Positions 38,215-48,191 of a stretch of DNA of 64,000 nucleotides are shown in pieces. A program made the position numbers and the translations under genes. The notes under the pieces were generated by a model. The model was not told the DNA's origin and did no database searches. It worked only from the letters and a program-made list of their open reading frames with translations. Location of the stretch: the NCBI GenBank assembly GCA_038204425.1, contig JBBRCZ010000005.1:64001-128000 (forward strand), given 5' to 3'. Each line of letters begins with the position of its first letter. The first letter of the stretch is position 1. Source of the stretch: Spirochaetia bacterium (GTDB taxonomy: Bacteria > Spirochaetota > Spirochaetia > DSM-27196 > Salinispiraceae).

Positions 38215-40986
38215 ATGGCAAAGCAAGATTTAGAAAACCCAGCGAGTCTATCTCCGGAACTCGATGAACAAAAAAAGCCTGCTGATTCAGATGCCATTGC
38301 AGGCCAAACCCAGGAAGCCGCAGCCAAAGCGATAGAATCGCCAACCCAACAGTTTGAGTGGGCCGAAACAAGTGTTCCTGAGAACTTAAAAGCTATTCTT
38401 GGCAAGGCACTAGAATCAGCCGCGGCACCACTTTTTGAACAAGAATTTGTCTCAACAAAAGAAATTGAAGTAAGCAGAGTTGTCAAAGGTCGACTGCCTT
38501 TTTTGCCAAGCAAAGAAGAAAAGGTAAGCACCACACTTAGTGAGACCAAAAAACTAATTGTAGAAGTTAATTCAAAAGTGCTATCGCATAATTATTTTGA
38601 AAAAGGTGCCGTACTTGGTCGCTTTGCCGAGGCTCAAACTAGCCAACCAGAAAGTTTTCTTGTCGGCAAAAACTTAGAAAGAAACGGCTCCACTGTGCGG
38701 GCCTTAGTCTCTGGGATAGTAAGACTTGGTTCCAACTGGATTGACCTAGTGCCCTTAGTAGACCATTCTTGGTCATTGAGTCAGTCTGAAGACAAATCTT
38801 GGTGTTACTTTGATTTTGCACCAGGATCGAACCTTATTGAAGCGCCAAACGCGGATGCAGTTCTTCTTGCTGCTAGGCAACTTGGCTATAAGCCAGAAAT
38901 GCTTTTGCAGTCCGCTTGTCTTGGATTTTTGATCCAGAATGCAAGCTTAACTGGCAACGCTCTGGTCAAACACAACTTGGGCCTTAATCAAGACTCAGTG
39001 TGGCAGATCTGCGTCAGCAAGGACAACCTTAAAGCAGTCTTAAATTGCATGAAGGCCTTTGGCGATGGCAAGGCGCTGGAACTCAAGGCTCTTGGATCAA
39101 CACTCAATGCAAGCAATGTAAAATACTCAAAAGATAAAGTTAAAAAAGACATTATGAATTGGTACAGTTCTAACGAAAAGTACTTAGCCTCATATTTGTT
39201 GGCCGAAGGAAAACCTGCAGAAACGGCACCCGCTCAAACTCTCAGCATTAACGCCGACGAATTTGACAAAAAATTGGCCCCTCAGCTTTTGGAGACTATA
39301 AAGAAGTCTGGTCTACCACTTTCCCTTAGTTCAGTATTTCCTTGTTCTGCGATAGTGGGACTATATGCGGTGGCCAAGGATCAAAGACCACTAACTCTTG
39401 GTCCTTTGCTTGCTGGAAAGCCGGGCATGGATGTCTTTGGGAAGATAGTACCAGCACTTGAGACTAAAAAGGTTGACCTGAAGCTCTTTGGTAGTCTCGA
39501 ATTAATGGGAAGCAACTTGATCAGCGTCAAGAGCGCAGGGATTTTGGCCCTAGCAAAAGAAAACGACAGGTATTTTGCGGCCTGCTTTCCCCACGCGGAC
39601 GCAGAAGTTCAAGTTCAATTAAGTGATGATCGATTGCTCGCCTGGATTAGTGTTTTTGCGCGGCTTGGATTGGGCAAAGGCTTAAGTGCAAGTGACATCA
39701 ACGCTGCCTTGGATAAGGCGGGCGTAAAGAAAGGTATTAACCAAGAGGTTCTACAAGCAATTGTTTCAAAAGCAAGCACGGGTGAGGCAATATCCAGGCT
39801 TGAAATTGCGCAAGGAAAGGCGGCTTCTGGTGGTAGCGAAAACCAGATCAACTATCAGATTCAATTTGCTAGCGGTCAGAAGGTTCGCCAACGATCAGAT
39901 GGCAGCATTGATTTTCGCAACCAAGATCGATATACCACAGTAAGCAAGGACGCTGTAATCGCTGAGATGGCACCGCCCACAGAACTTCCAAGTCCTGGCT
40001 TTGACGTTACCGGCAAAGAGCTTGCTCCTGTGGTCGATCCAAGTTTAGCTCTGATAATTGGCAAGGGTATTAAGGTAAGCAAAAGAGAAGACGGCATAAG
40101 CATTTTGGTGGCCGAATATGACGGCGAGTTAATAAGAGAAAAAAATAGCATTAGCATAAACCCTGCGTTCACTATAAAGGGAAACGTTGACACCAGCACC
40201 GGTAATATTAAGTTTCCAGGCGCCGTTTCGGTTACCGGTGACGTAATGTCTGGTTTTAGTATCGTCTGTGGAGGTGAGATTAAAATCGGCGGAAGCGTTG
40301 AGGCAAGTCTCTTGAGTTCGGAGAGCGATATCTTGATCCAAAACGGGGTCAAAGGCGCCGGCAAGGCACTACTTCGTAGCAAAAAAAATGTCGGTGCCGG
40401 CTTTATCGAGCTTTGTACCATCATGGCCGTTGGAGATATCCATATCAAGAAGGCACTGCTGAGATCCAAGGTTAAATGCAATGGAAAAATAGTTAGTCCC
40501 GACGACGCCCACATATTTGGTGGTGAGATCAACGTCAGGTCCGGTCTGCACGTGGGCAACTTGGGCAATCAAACTGGTGTGAGAACCAAAGTATTTTTTG
40601 GCCAAGATATCTTAGTAGCCGACCAGATAAGTGTAGAGGAAAAGGAAATTGTAAAGATTCAGAACGAACTTGTCTCAATCAATTCATCGATGATCAATGC
40701 TCAAAAAAATGCCGACAAATCCCTGATGCAGTTGCTCATTAATCGAAAAGTTTTGCTTATGAAGGCCTTAGAAAAGAGAAATCTGCGGCTTTTTACGCTA
40801 AAAGAGCGCTACGAGCAACACTTTGACTCAGAAATCGTGGTAAAAGGTACCTTATGGCCCGGTGTGGTGATAGAAAGCCACGGTCGTCTTCATGAAGTTT
40901 CAAAACCGACCAAAGCGGTCAAAATCGTTTTTGACACGGCAACCGGTCATATTGTAGAAAGTCCCATCGGCCAGAAGCCCAGCTAG
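38215..40986 (+). CDS. FapA (DUF342) family protein
   Basis: DGSIDFR, PGFDVTGK, GNVDTSTGNIKFPG and GTLWPGV. Confidence 0.88.
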   Translation: MAKQDLENPASLSPELDEQKKPADSDAIAGQTQEAAAKAIESPTQQFEWAETSVPENLKAILGKALESAAAPLFEQEFVSTKEIEVSRVVKGRLPFLPSKEEKVSTTLSETKKLIVEVNSKVLSHNYFEKGAVLGRFAEAQTSQPESFLVGKNLERNGSTVRALVSGIVRLGSNWIDLVPLVDHSWSLSQSEDKSWCYFDFAPGSNLIEAPNADAVLLAARQLGYKPEMLLQSACLGFLIQNASLTGNALVKHNLGLNQDSVWQICVSKDNLKAVLNCMKAFGDGKALELKALGSTLNASNVKYSKDKVKKDIMNWYSSNEKYLASYLLAEGKPAETAPAQTLSINADEFDKKLAPQLLETIKKSGLPLSLSSVFPCSAIVGLYAVAKDQRPLTLGPLLAGKPGMDVFGKIVPALETKKVDLKLFGSLELMGSNLISVKSAGILALAKENDRYFAACFPHADAEVQVQLSDDRLLAWISVFARLGLGKGLSASDINAALDKAGVKKGINQEVLQAIVSKASTGEAISRLEIAQGKAASGGSENQINYQIQFASGQKVRQRSDGSIDFRNQDRYTTVSKDAVIAEMAPPTELPSPGFDVTGKELAPVVDPSLALIIGKGIKVSKREDGISILVAEYDGELIREKNSISINPAFTIKGNVDTSTGNIKFPGAVSVTGDVMSGFSIVCGGEIKIGGSVEASLLSSESDILIQNGVKGAGKALLRSKKNVGAGFIELCTIMAVGDIHIKKALLRSKVKCNGKIVSPDDAHIFGGEINVRSGLHVGNLGNQTGVRTKVFFGQDILVADQISVEEKEIVKIQNELVSINSSMINAQKNADKSLMQLLINRKVLLMKALEKRNLRLFTLKERYEQHFDSEIVVKGTLWPGVVIESHGRLHEVSKPTKAVKIVFDTATGHIVESPIGQKPS

Positions 40987-41041
40987 TCTCGGTGTTAACT
41001 GCAGACTAAACTTTGTTTCAAGCGAATAAGGAGAGAAGAGA

Positions 41042-42058
41042 GTGCTGTATATTAACTTTCCGGATTGGATAAAGCCCGAAATTATCCCCGGTCTTCCCAT
41101 CAGATGGTATGGTTTTATGTACTTAGTAGCATTTGCTATTACGTTCATGCTTTTTATGTGGCAGATTAAAAATAGAAAACTAAAGATCCCATCTGACTTG
41201 GTGGTGTCTATGTTTTTTTGGGCCATTGTTGGCATGTTTATAGGAGCAAGAATCTTCGCTGCAACTATCTATGACACAACTGGACGCTACTTGAGTCAAC
41301 CCTGGCTGATTTTTTGGCCCTTTGACGCAAAAATGAACTTTACCGGTCTGATGGGCATGAGCTATCATGGTGGTTTGGTTGGTGTAACAGCCGCCATAAT
41401 CATCTACCTCAAAATAAAGAAGCTGGATGTTCTTGACTGGGCTGATATGTTGGCCCAGGCTGTTCCACTTGGTTACACCTTTGGTCGCCTTGGCAACTTT
41501 ATTAACGGTGAACTCTTTGGAAGAGTCAGTGAATCGCCTTGGGGCATTGTATTTCCCAACGCCAGCCGTCTGCCAACTAGCGCAGTTTGGGTTAGAGAAA
41601 CAGCAGAACGAATCGGGATGCCAATCGAAGAAGGCGTAACCCTAGTTAATCTGCCTCGCCATCCAAGTCAACTTTACGAAGCATTTTTTGAAGGCATAGT
41701 GTTGTGGCTGATCCTTTGGTTTATTGTGCGCAAACATAAGCCTTTTAAAGGGTTTGCAATAGGTATTTACTTGATTGGTTATGCTTTCTTCCGATTTATT
41801 ATTGAATATTTCAGAGAACCCGACAAAGGCTTGGAATATGTAGTTCAGTTAGGGCCAAAGGACAATCCGCCCGAGTTGCTCATGAGCCTACTAAACTTTA
41901 GTACGGGCCAAGTTCTTAACTTTATTATGATACTGGCAGGGATAGCCATTTTGTTTGTATTTAAATATATACATGACAAAAGGCCACATGCCGAAACCTT
42001 TGATGCAGTGAGAACTAAGCCACAGAGGAAGTCGATACCCAATAAGAAAAGTAAATGA
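41042..42058 (+). CDS. lgt: Prolipoprotein diacylglyceryl transferase
   Basis: IRWYG, GMSYHGG, GRLGNFINGEL.GR, RHPSQLYE and RFIIEYFREPD. Confidence 0.97.
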   Translation: MLYINFPDWIKPEIIPGLPIRWYGFMYLVAFAITFMLFMWQIKNRKLKIPSDLVVSMFFWAIVGMFIGARIFAATIYDTTGRYLSQPWLIFWPFDAKMNFTGLMGMSYHGGLVGVTAAIIIYLKIKKLDVLDWADMLAQAVPLGYTFGRLGNFINGELFGRVSESPWGIVFPNASRLPTSAVWVRETAERIGMPIEEGVTLVNLPRHPSQLYEAFFEGIVLWLILWFIVRKHKPFKGFAIGIYLIGYAFFRFIIEYFREPDKGLEYVVQLGPKDNPPELLMSLLNFSTGQVLNFIMILAGIAILFVFKYIHDKRPHAETFDAVRTKPQRKSIPNKKSK

Positions 42059-42065
42059 ATCATCC

Positions 42066-42096
42066 AGCAGGTTCCGCTAGTTGCGGAGCCTGCTTT
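42066..42096 (+). terminator. Terminator between convergent lgt and TRIC genes
   Basis: AGCAGGTTCCGC/GCGGAGCCTGCT stem. Confidence 0.65.
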
Positions 42097-42716
42097 CAGT
42101 TCCCTGGAATCTTGGGCAAGTGCCAGTTTTTTAGTACTGCCACCATGCGAACTATTGCGATCACGCTTGCCGATACTAAAGCTGAGACACTGTCAGGTAT
42201 TATGGCCAAATAAGCCAAAGCCACATAAAGTGCAGCCCCTAACAAGCTAGCTACTGCATATATTTCTCTTTGCAAAACCAAGGGTACTTCGCCACTCAAG
42301 ACGTCCCGTATCATACCGCCGCCTGTGCCACTCACTATGCCCATCATAATCGCAGCAAACCAACTAGCGTCCATGCTTAGGGAAATCTTTGCGCCAATAA
42401 CCGTGAATATACCCAGACCTACTGCATCCATCACTCTCAGGGGTGTGATTAAGTGCCTAAACGATTGGTGAAACAATACCACTAACAGTGATCCAAGCAA
42501 AGTAGCTGATACGTAGAGTATATCGGTAAAAACCATCGGCGGCGTTCTTCCCAAGAGAGCATCGCGAATCAGACCGCCACCCAATGCGGTAACGAGAGCG
42601 AGCACAAAGAGTCCATATAAATCGAGTTTCTTCTTGACCGCGGTCAGAGCGCCTGAAGTTGCAAAAACCAAGGTCCCTATCAAGTCGAAGACATAAAAAA
42701 ATCTATCAAGATCCAT
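42096..42716 (-). CDS. TRIC/UPF0126 (YadS-like) membrane protein
   Basis: Twofold repeat TALGGGLIRD / GTGGGMIRDVL; EIYA. Confidence 0.92.
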   Translation of the reverse strand: MDLDRFFYVFDLIGTLVFATSGALTAVKKKLDLYGLFVLALVTALGGGLIRDALLGRTPPMVFTDILYVSATLLGSLLVVLFHQSFRHLITPLRVMDAVGLGIFTVIGAKISLSMDASWFAAIMMGIVSGTGGGMIRDVLSGEVPLVLQREIYAVASLLGAALYVALAYLAIIPDSVSALVSASVIAIVRMVAVLKNWHLPKIPGN

Positions 42717-42727
42717 AGTACCTGACT

Positions 42728-42761
42728 ATAAAATACCCCCAGGCTTTATTCAGGGGGTATT
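42728..42761 (-). terminator. Hairpin/terminator after the DUF4914 gene
   Basis: AATACCCCC/GGGGGTATT stem with a short T tract. Confidence 0.6.
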
Positions 42762-42787
42762 GAGAAAAAACACGAATGATATTGAGA

Positions 42788-44656
42788 TTAACCAGGCAAA
42801 ACGTTGCTATAGTCTTCAAGACTACCGTTGTCCAAACAAACTTCTATTATTTTCTTACCGAGAGGATGTAGGTCGGCTGTCAAATATTTGTTCAGTTCTT
42901 GCTTAAAGAAAGCGCCAAGAATCTGCGCTCCTTTGTCGTAGCCGTCGATACCTACTTCCAACTGCTCATGAACTTGCAACAGTCCACGAGGAATTGTCTG
43001 GCCATTTACTTTTAGTCCTGTTAACTCGTAACCAAGCAAGGGACAACGTGCCGGTTGCATTTGCCTAAATCTCAAGTTACCGCGGCGAGCCATTACTTCC
43101 CTAGAGACCCATTCTGGATTGAAGCCAACGTGATACGCACCAACATATTGATTTGGAATCAAGACGTAGCGCGTGCCGGGTGTCTGGACAGAAAGCTCAA
43201 GCAGCATGTTGGCTTGTGTCACCATTTTTCCTGTCGCAAATGGCCAGTACGTTCCAACTCCCTCACTCACCAAGCCTGTTCCAGCAACTAGCACGCTTGG
43301 ATTTGCATGTCCTCTGGGCGCTGCCAGACGCCACAACCAACCCAAGGCAGGAGGTAGAATATGCAAGATGCCCAAAATGCCATAACTTGGACTCTCACGG
43401 CTTGTTGGTGGACATCGAACGCCAAAGCTGCGCACGTCCACTTCTACTTCGCCATCAGTTATGTTTTCTATAAAGTGACGGGGCACTATTACTCGTGGGT
43501 TAGGACATGGTTTACCCGGGGCATCCATGGTGTGTTCCCAGATCAGGGCGGTTGCACCTGGCTTTCCATCTATGTTAAGGAAAATCAAAGGCTCGGGTGG
43601 ATTTATACAAAGTTTTTCCAAGCCTGGTTCTTTTCCATACTCATTTAAGTGGTCGACGCGTAGGAACCAGCCGTTTTCTGCATCTGAAACTTTGAGTTTC
43701 TTCTGCGGGCCAGTGTAGCTTGGATGAGCCAAAGACATATCGTCAGTGACGGGGTGGAGCTCGCAGGTATCTTGCAGCTCGAGGAAGTGCTCTTCTTTGG
43801 TAATAGTGTTAGTAGCCAACAAAATACGACCATCAGATCCACGGTGAATTGGCTGAGTCATTTCGGTTTTTCCACCACCGCTTGCGCCTTCATGAAGAAT
43901 CACAAACTCGTTGTCATAAGGTGTTATGACTCTAACGGCAGACGAGTGAAGCGTTATCCAGCCATCGTGTTCACCGCGATCAATCAAGATTGAATAAACG
44001 CCCTTTTTGGCACTTGGACCTGGATACAAGTTATAACAAAACAACTCGTGCAGATCTTCTTGTCTATCATGTACAACTATTTGTTTGCCTGCAAAGTGAG
44101 TATGTCTAAATGGTGGCGCAATATAGAGAATACCTACTGGCGTAAAATCTTCGGGAATTTCACTTGCTGGAATAAATCCCTGCAAATCCGCAAGACCCGC
44201 CACGAAGAACCCAGCGTTGGCGGGTGCGACCAAAAGAGATGGATAGCCTTTTTTGTCGTTTCCACTCAAAAAGGGCATTACAATCAATTCTTCTTGCGAA
44301 GCAAACCAGTCAAACGTTTCTTTTTTTACTGCATCAAAGCTGGTTCCGAATCGTTTCTGATAGGTGGTTTTATCTGTCGGCTGAGAGTCGGCAATGACCA
44401 TAGCTTCAGGATCTCGGCGCCTCATGTTTGGGTCTATGTAGTTTACTGCAGCGCCATTCTTACAACGAGCTACCGTAGCTTCCACTACTCGGCCTTTGCC
44501 GGGGATATCGTAAGCAACTTCAAAGACCTCGCTTTGCCCACCAAAGGCCAATTCAAACAAACTCGAACGTTCCACGGGAATTGTAATTTTGACTTTCTCA
44601 AAGATTTTGCGCAGCTCATCCGGCACGCGGATTTTTGAAAGTGCATTTTTGATCAT
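42788..44656 (-). CDS. DUF4914 family protein (PEP-carboxykinase-like motifs)
   Basis: MRRRDP, PPFRHTHF, YPGPSAKKG, HEGASGGGKTE and VTDDM. Confidence 0.85.
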   Translation of the reverse strand: MIKNALSKIRVPDELRKIFEKVKITIPVERSSLFELAFGGQSEVFEVAYDIPGKGRVVEATVARCKNGAAVNYIDPNMRRRDPEAMVIADSQPTDKTTYQKRFGTSFDAVKKETFDWFASQEELIVMPFLSGNDKKGYPSLLVAPANAGFFVAGLADLQGFIPASEIPEDFTPVGILYIAPPFRHTHFAGKQIVVHDRQEDLHELFCYNLYPGPSAKKGVYSILIDRGEHDGWITLHSSAVRVITPYDNEFVILHEGASGGGKTEMTQPIHRGSDGRILLATNTITKEEHFLELQDTCELHPVTDDMSLAHPSYTGPQKKLKVSDAENGWFLRVDHLNEYGKEPGLEKLCINPPEPLIFLNIDGKPGATALIWEHTMDAPGKPCPNPRVIVPRHFIENITDGEVEVDVRSFGVRCPPTSRESPSYGILGILHILPPALGWLWRLAAPRGHANPSVLVAGTGLVSEGVGTYWPFATGKMVTQANMLLELSVQTPGTRYVLIPNQYVGAYHVGFNPEWVSREVMARRGNLRFRQMQPARCPLLGYELTGLKVNGQTIPRGLLQVHEQLEVGIDGYDKGAQILGAFFKQELNKYLTADLHPLGKKIIEVCLDNGSLEDYSNVLPG

Positions 44657-44805
44657 AATGACTCCGTGGATTGTATATTTATGCAGAGGATACGATCTTT
44701 TTAAAAATTATTCCAGTATCACGAGACAGACCTTGGCCCTATTTCTTTAGTCTTTGTCAGACAAAAAAACATTTTTTGCCATTTTTAAGTCGAGGCCTGA
44801 TTCCC

Positions 44806-44834
44806 TTGACAATCCGAATCACTTACGCTACGGT
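44806..44834 (+). promoter_or_regulatory. Sigma70-type promoter of rpmG-rpmB
   Basis: TTGACA-N17-TACGGT; RBS GAGGTG downstream. Confidence 0.6.
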
Positions 44835-44863
44835 GTAGCCCTTCATAGTTACAGAGGTGAAAA

Positions 44864-45034
44864 ATGGCTAAGAGCAATAAGGGAATAACTCGTGTGCGCC
44901 TTCAGAGTACTGAAAGTCCACATTGTTACTACACTACCAAGAATAAGCGCAACCTTCCGAATAAAATGGAATTCAACAAATATGATCCAGTTGTTCGCAA
45001 GCATGTTTTATACAAAGAGACAAGCAAGTTCTAG
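44864..45034 (+). CDS. rpmG: 50S ribosomal protein L33 (not in ORF track)
   Basis: Manual translation: [56 protein letters not shown]. Confidence 0.95.
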   Translation: MAKSNKGITRVRLQSTESPHCYYTTKNKRNLPNKMEFNKYDPVVRKHVLYKETSKF

Positions 45035-45067
45035 GATTCGACAACAAGATAATATTTGGAGGACGTT

Positions 45068-45322
45068 GTGGCACGATATTGTAAGATTACTGACAAGAAA
45101 CCAATGGCAGCGAACAGCATTTCGCATGCCCATAACAAGAGCAATCGTTGGCAGAAACCCAACATGATCGAAAAGAAACTTTTTGATCCGGAACTTGGTC
45201 GTACAGTTCGAGTAAAAATTTCTACTCGAGCACTTCGAACGGTAACTAAAGTCGGCTTGAGTGCCTACTTAAGAAAGCTCAGTAAGAAGGGCAAGTTTAT
45301 CGCTCTCAAGGATCTCAAATAG
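45068..45322 (+). CDS. rpmB: 50S ribosomal protein L28
   Basis: ARYCKITDK, NSISHAHNKSNRWQKPN and VKISTRALRT; RBS GGAGG before GTG. Confidence 0.96.
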   Translation: MARYCKITDKKPMAANSISHAHNKSNRWQKPNMIEKKLFDPELGRTVRVKISTRALRTVTKVGLSAYLRKLSKKGKFIALKDLK

Positions 45323-45349
45323 AAACTGCCCTTAAATGGAGTTTTTGTG

Positions 45350-45380
45350 AAAAAAAGGCAGCTGAAAGGCTGCTTTTTTT
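45350..45380 (+). terminator. Rho-independent terminator
   Basis: GGCAGC-TGAAAG-GCTGCT stem flanked by A and T tracts. Confidence 0.8.
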
Positions 45381-45438
45381 ATTTTCGGTGTAGAAAATAC
45401 CGATAGTTCAATTCATACTGTGAACTGGATGGTAGTGA

Positions 45439-46680
45439 ATGGATTTTTTTAAGTCTAGTAAACAACACGGTTTTAGTCTTCAACATATTATCTCTCTCGA
45501 TTCAGAGCTCAACAAGATACAAGATCTTGATGTTTTGTTGGAACGTACGCTGACCTTTGCACGTCGAATGATAGGTGCAGACGCTGGTTCGCTCTATCTT
45601 AAGAAAGACTCTGGACTTCAAATCAACTATTCTCAGAACGATACTTTGCAGGCCAGCCTTAAGCCAGGTCAAAAATTGATCTACAGTATCTTCACCATAA
45701 AAATCAACAAGCACACTATGTCTGGCTACGCTGCGGCAACCAAAGAGATGCTCAATATTGAAGATGTTTACAATTTGCCAGAAGATGCTCCGTATAGCTA
45801 CGACAAAACCTACGATGAAGCCGCAGGATATAGAACAAAATCCACGCTTTCTATTCCCCTGGTGTCCAACCAAGGTGAACTTTTAGGCGTTTTACAATTG
45901 ATAAACAAAAAGCAAGAAGACCAAGTTGTGTCGTTTACTACCGAAGACGATGCCGTTGCTCGACACTTTGCCAATAACGTGGTCGTGGCCTTAGAACGTG
46001 CTCGCATGACGCGAGCCATATTGCTTCGCATGATTCAAATGGCAGAGTTACGTGACCCCAAAGAAACGGGACCTCACGTTAATCGTGTGGCCGGATTCTC
46101 AGTTGAAATATATGAACGATGGGCCATCAAACACAATTTGCCCGAAGAGAAAATTGCCAAAGACATTGACAATCTACGCATGGCGGCCATGTTACATGAT
46201 GTGGGTAAGGTTGCAATTTCTGACTTAATATTAAAAAAGAATGGTGGTTTTACCCCAGAGGAACGAGAGGTCATGAAGACCCATACCATCAGCGGAGCCA
46301 AATTGTTCTTGGCCGACAAAAGCGACTTTGACAAGATGGCCATGGCTGTTGCACTCAATCACCACGAAAACTGGGATGGAAGTGGTTATCCTGGCCACGT
46401 TGATCTTCTAACCGGCAAAGCACTACGGAAAGACAAAAAAGGCAATAGTCTTGGCAAAGCTGGTTTAGAAATTCCACTTTATGGCCGTATAGTTTCGATC
46501 GCAGACGTCTACGATGCGTTGAGATCAGCGCGTGTATACAAACAGGCCTGGACAGAAGATAATGTATTGGCGGAAATTAGAAAGCTTAGCGGAACAAAAT
46601 TTGACCCGGAATTGGTTGATGCCTTTTTTGAAGTATACCCAACTCTACAAACGATTGCAGATCGATACAAAGAAAACTGA
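45439..46680 (+). CDS. GAF + HD-GYP phosphodiesterase
   Basis: GAF (GYRTKSTLSIPL, GVLQLINK); ETGPHVNRV, LHDVGK, HHENWDGSGYP, ADVYDAL and FDP. Confidence 0.94.
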   Translation: MDFFKSSKQHGFSLQHIISLDSELNKIQDLDVLLERTLTFARRMIGADAGSLYLKKDSGLQINYSQNDTLQASLKPGQKLIYSIFTIKINKHTMSGYAAATKEMLNIEDVYNLPEDAPYSYDKTYDEAAGYRTKSTLSIPLVSNQGELLGVLQLINKKQEDQVVSFTTEDDAVARHFANNVVVALERARMTRAILLRMIQMAELRDPKETGPHVNRVAGFSVEIYERWAIKHNLPEEKIAKDIDNLRMAAMLHDVGKVAISDLILKKNGGFTPEEREVMKTHTISGAKLFLADKSDFDKMAMAVALNHHENWDGSGYPGHVDLLTGKALRKDKKGNSLGKAGLEIPLYGRIVSIADVYDALRSARVYKQAWTEDNVLAEIRKLSGTKFDPELVDAFFEVYPTLQTIADRYKEN

Positions 46681-46686
46681 TTTTAT

Positions 46687-46719
46687 AAAAAGGCTGCCTT
46701 AAAGTTGGGCAGCCTTTTT
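46687..46719. terminator. Bidirectional Rho-independent terminator
   Basis: AAAAAGGCTGCC/GGCAGCCTTTTT between convergent genes. Confidence 0.85.
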
Positions 46720-46727
46720 CGTTTAAT

Positions 46728-48191
46728 TTAAGCTTCTTTATAAGCTTTGAGAACTTCTTCCATACCTTTTTTTGCATCTGCAAAAAACATCAAAGAATTG
46801 TCATTGGAGAAAAGTGGATTGGGAATGCCCGCAAACCCTGGTGCCAGAGATCTCTTTACTACAATAACCGTACGCGCTTTATCAACGTCGAGGATTGGCA
46901 TACCGGAAATAGGGCTTCCTGTTGCTTGGCGGGCTATCGGATTGACAACATCATTTGCGCCAATTACCAAGACCATGTCAGTATTGCCAAAACTTCCGTT
47001 GATAAGATCCATTTCTTTGAGTTTGTCATACGGAATGCTTTCTTCGGCCAACAAGACATTCATATGTCCCGGCATCCGACCAGCTACGGGATGAATGCCA
47101 AATTCGACCTCAACTCCTGAAGCTTCCAAGAGCTCATAGAGCTGTCTAACAGGGGTAACAGCTCGGCCTACTGCCATGCCATAACCTGGTACGATTACAA
47201 CGCGCTGGGCAATCTTGAGCAACGAAGCTATCTCTTCTGCACTGGTTGACTTCACTTTACCAGCGTAGATGTCTTCTCCTTCTTTTTGCGCGACAAACGC
47301 GCCTACTCCACCAAAAAGCACGTTAGCTAGGCTTCGATTCATTGCTTTGCACATCAGCTGAGTAAGAATAATACCTGAGGCACCTACCAATGATCCTGCT
47401 ACGATCAAGACGTTGTTTGTTGGTGCTAAGACAAATCCCGTTGCTGCAGCGGCGATACCTGAATAGCTGTTAAGCAAGGCAATTACGATAGGCATGTCTG
47501 CTCCGCCGATTGGAAGAGTCAAGAGAAAGCCAAGTACACTTGCAATAGCCACTATGATCCAATAGATGACAACTTTATCTACAAGGTTTCCGATTGCGGC
47601 AGGTTCTACGTATGCAATCGCAAAATATAGTGCGGTCAAAGCAAAGATGACTTTAACTATTTGTTCGCCTTTGTAACGAAGTGGTTTTTCGGAAACCACT
47701 CCTTGCAGTTTGCCGGCCGCAACCAACGAACCCCAAAAAGTAACTGCGCCAATTACCGCTGTTGCCGCCGTGGCTATGGCACTGACGGTGGACTCACCTG
47801 TCGCTTGGGTGCTAACTATAAGAAGAGTTGCAGCGGCCACCAAGACCGATGCGATTCCTCCAAAGCCGTTCAAAAGACCAACCAATTGAGGCATTTCCTT
47901 AAAGTCGATCTTAATCGCAAGAAGCGCTCCAATTACCGCCCCAGCAAGAACGCCGGCCAGCAAATAGATGGCAAATGGTGCAATGTCACCACTAAAGCCG
48001 ATAGCTCGCAGTTGAAAGGCCACATCTACAACAGCGCCAGCAATCGCTAGCAACATACCGCCTGCCCCTATTAAGTTGCCTCTGACAGCAGTTTTTGGGG
48101 ACGACATACCTTTAATTCCGAGGATAAAGAGTATCGCACCTACAAGATAAGCAAGATCGATAGATATTCTCAAAAACGTATCCAAACTCAT
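46728..48191 (-). CDS. pntB: NAD(P) transhydrogenase beta subunit
   Basis: IGGADMP, LNSYSG, VPGYGMA, HPVAGRMPGHMNVLLAE and GANDVVNP. Confidence 0.97.
   Translation of the reverse strand: MSLDTFLRISIDLAYLVGAILFILGIKGMSSPKTAVRGNLIGAGGMLLAIAGAVVDVAFQLRAIGFSGDIAPFAIYLLAGVLAGAVIGALLAIKIDFKEMPQLVGLLNGFGGIASVLVAAATLLIVSTQATGESTVSAIATAATAVIGAVTFWGSLVAAGKLQGVVSEKPLRYKGEQIVKVIFALTALYFAIAYVEPAAIGNLVDKVVIYWIIVAIASVLGFLLTLPIGGADMPIVIALLNSYSGIAAAATGFVLAPTNNVLIVAGSLVGASGIILTQLMCKAMNRSLANVLFGGVGAFVAQKEGEDIYAGKVKSTSAEEIASLLKIAQRVVIVPGYGMAVGRAVTPVRQLYELLEASGVEVEFGIHPVAGRMPGHMNVLLAEESIPYDKLKEMDLINGSFGNTDMVLVIGANDVVNPIARQATGSPISGMPILDVDKARTVIVVKRSLAPGFAGIPNPLFSNDNSLMFFADAKKGMEEVLKAYKEA

Noticed and set aside
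44892..45167. 91-aa ORF in the track
   Set aside because: It overlaps the real rpmG and rpmB out of frame.
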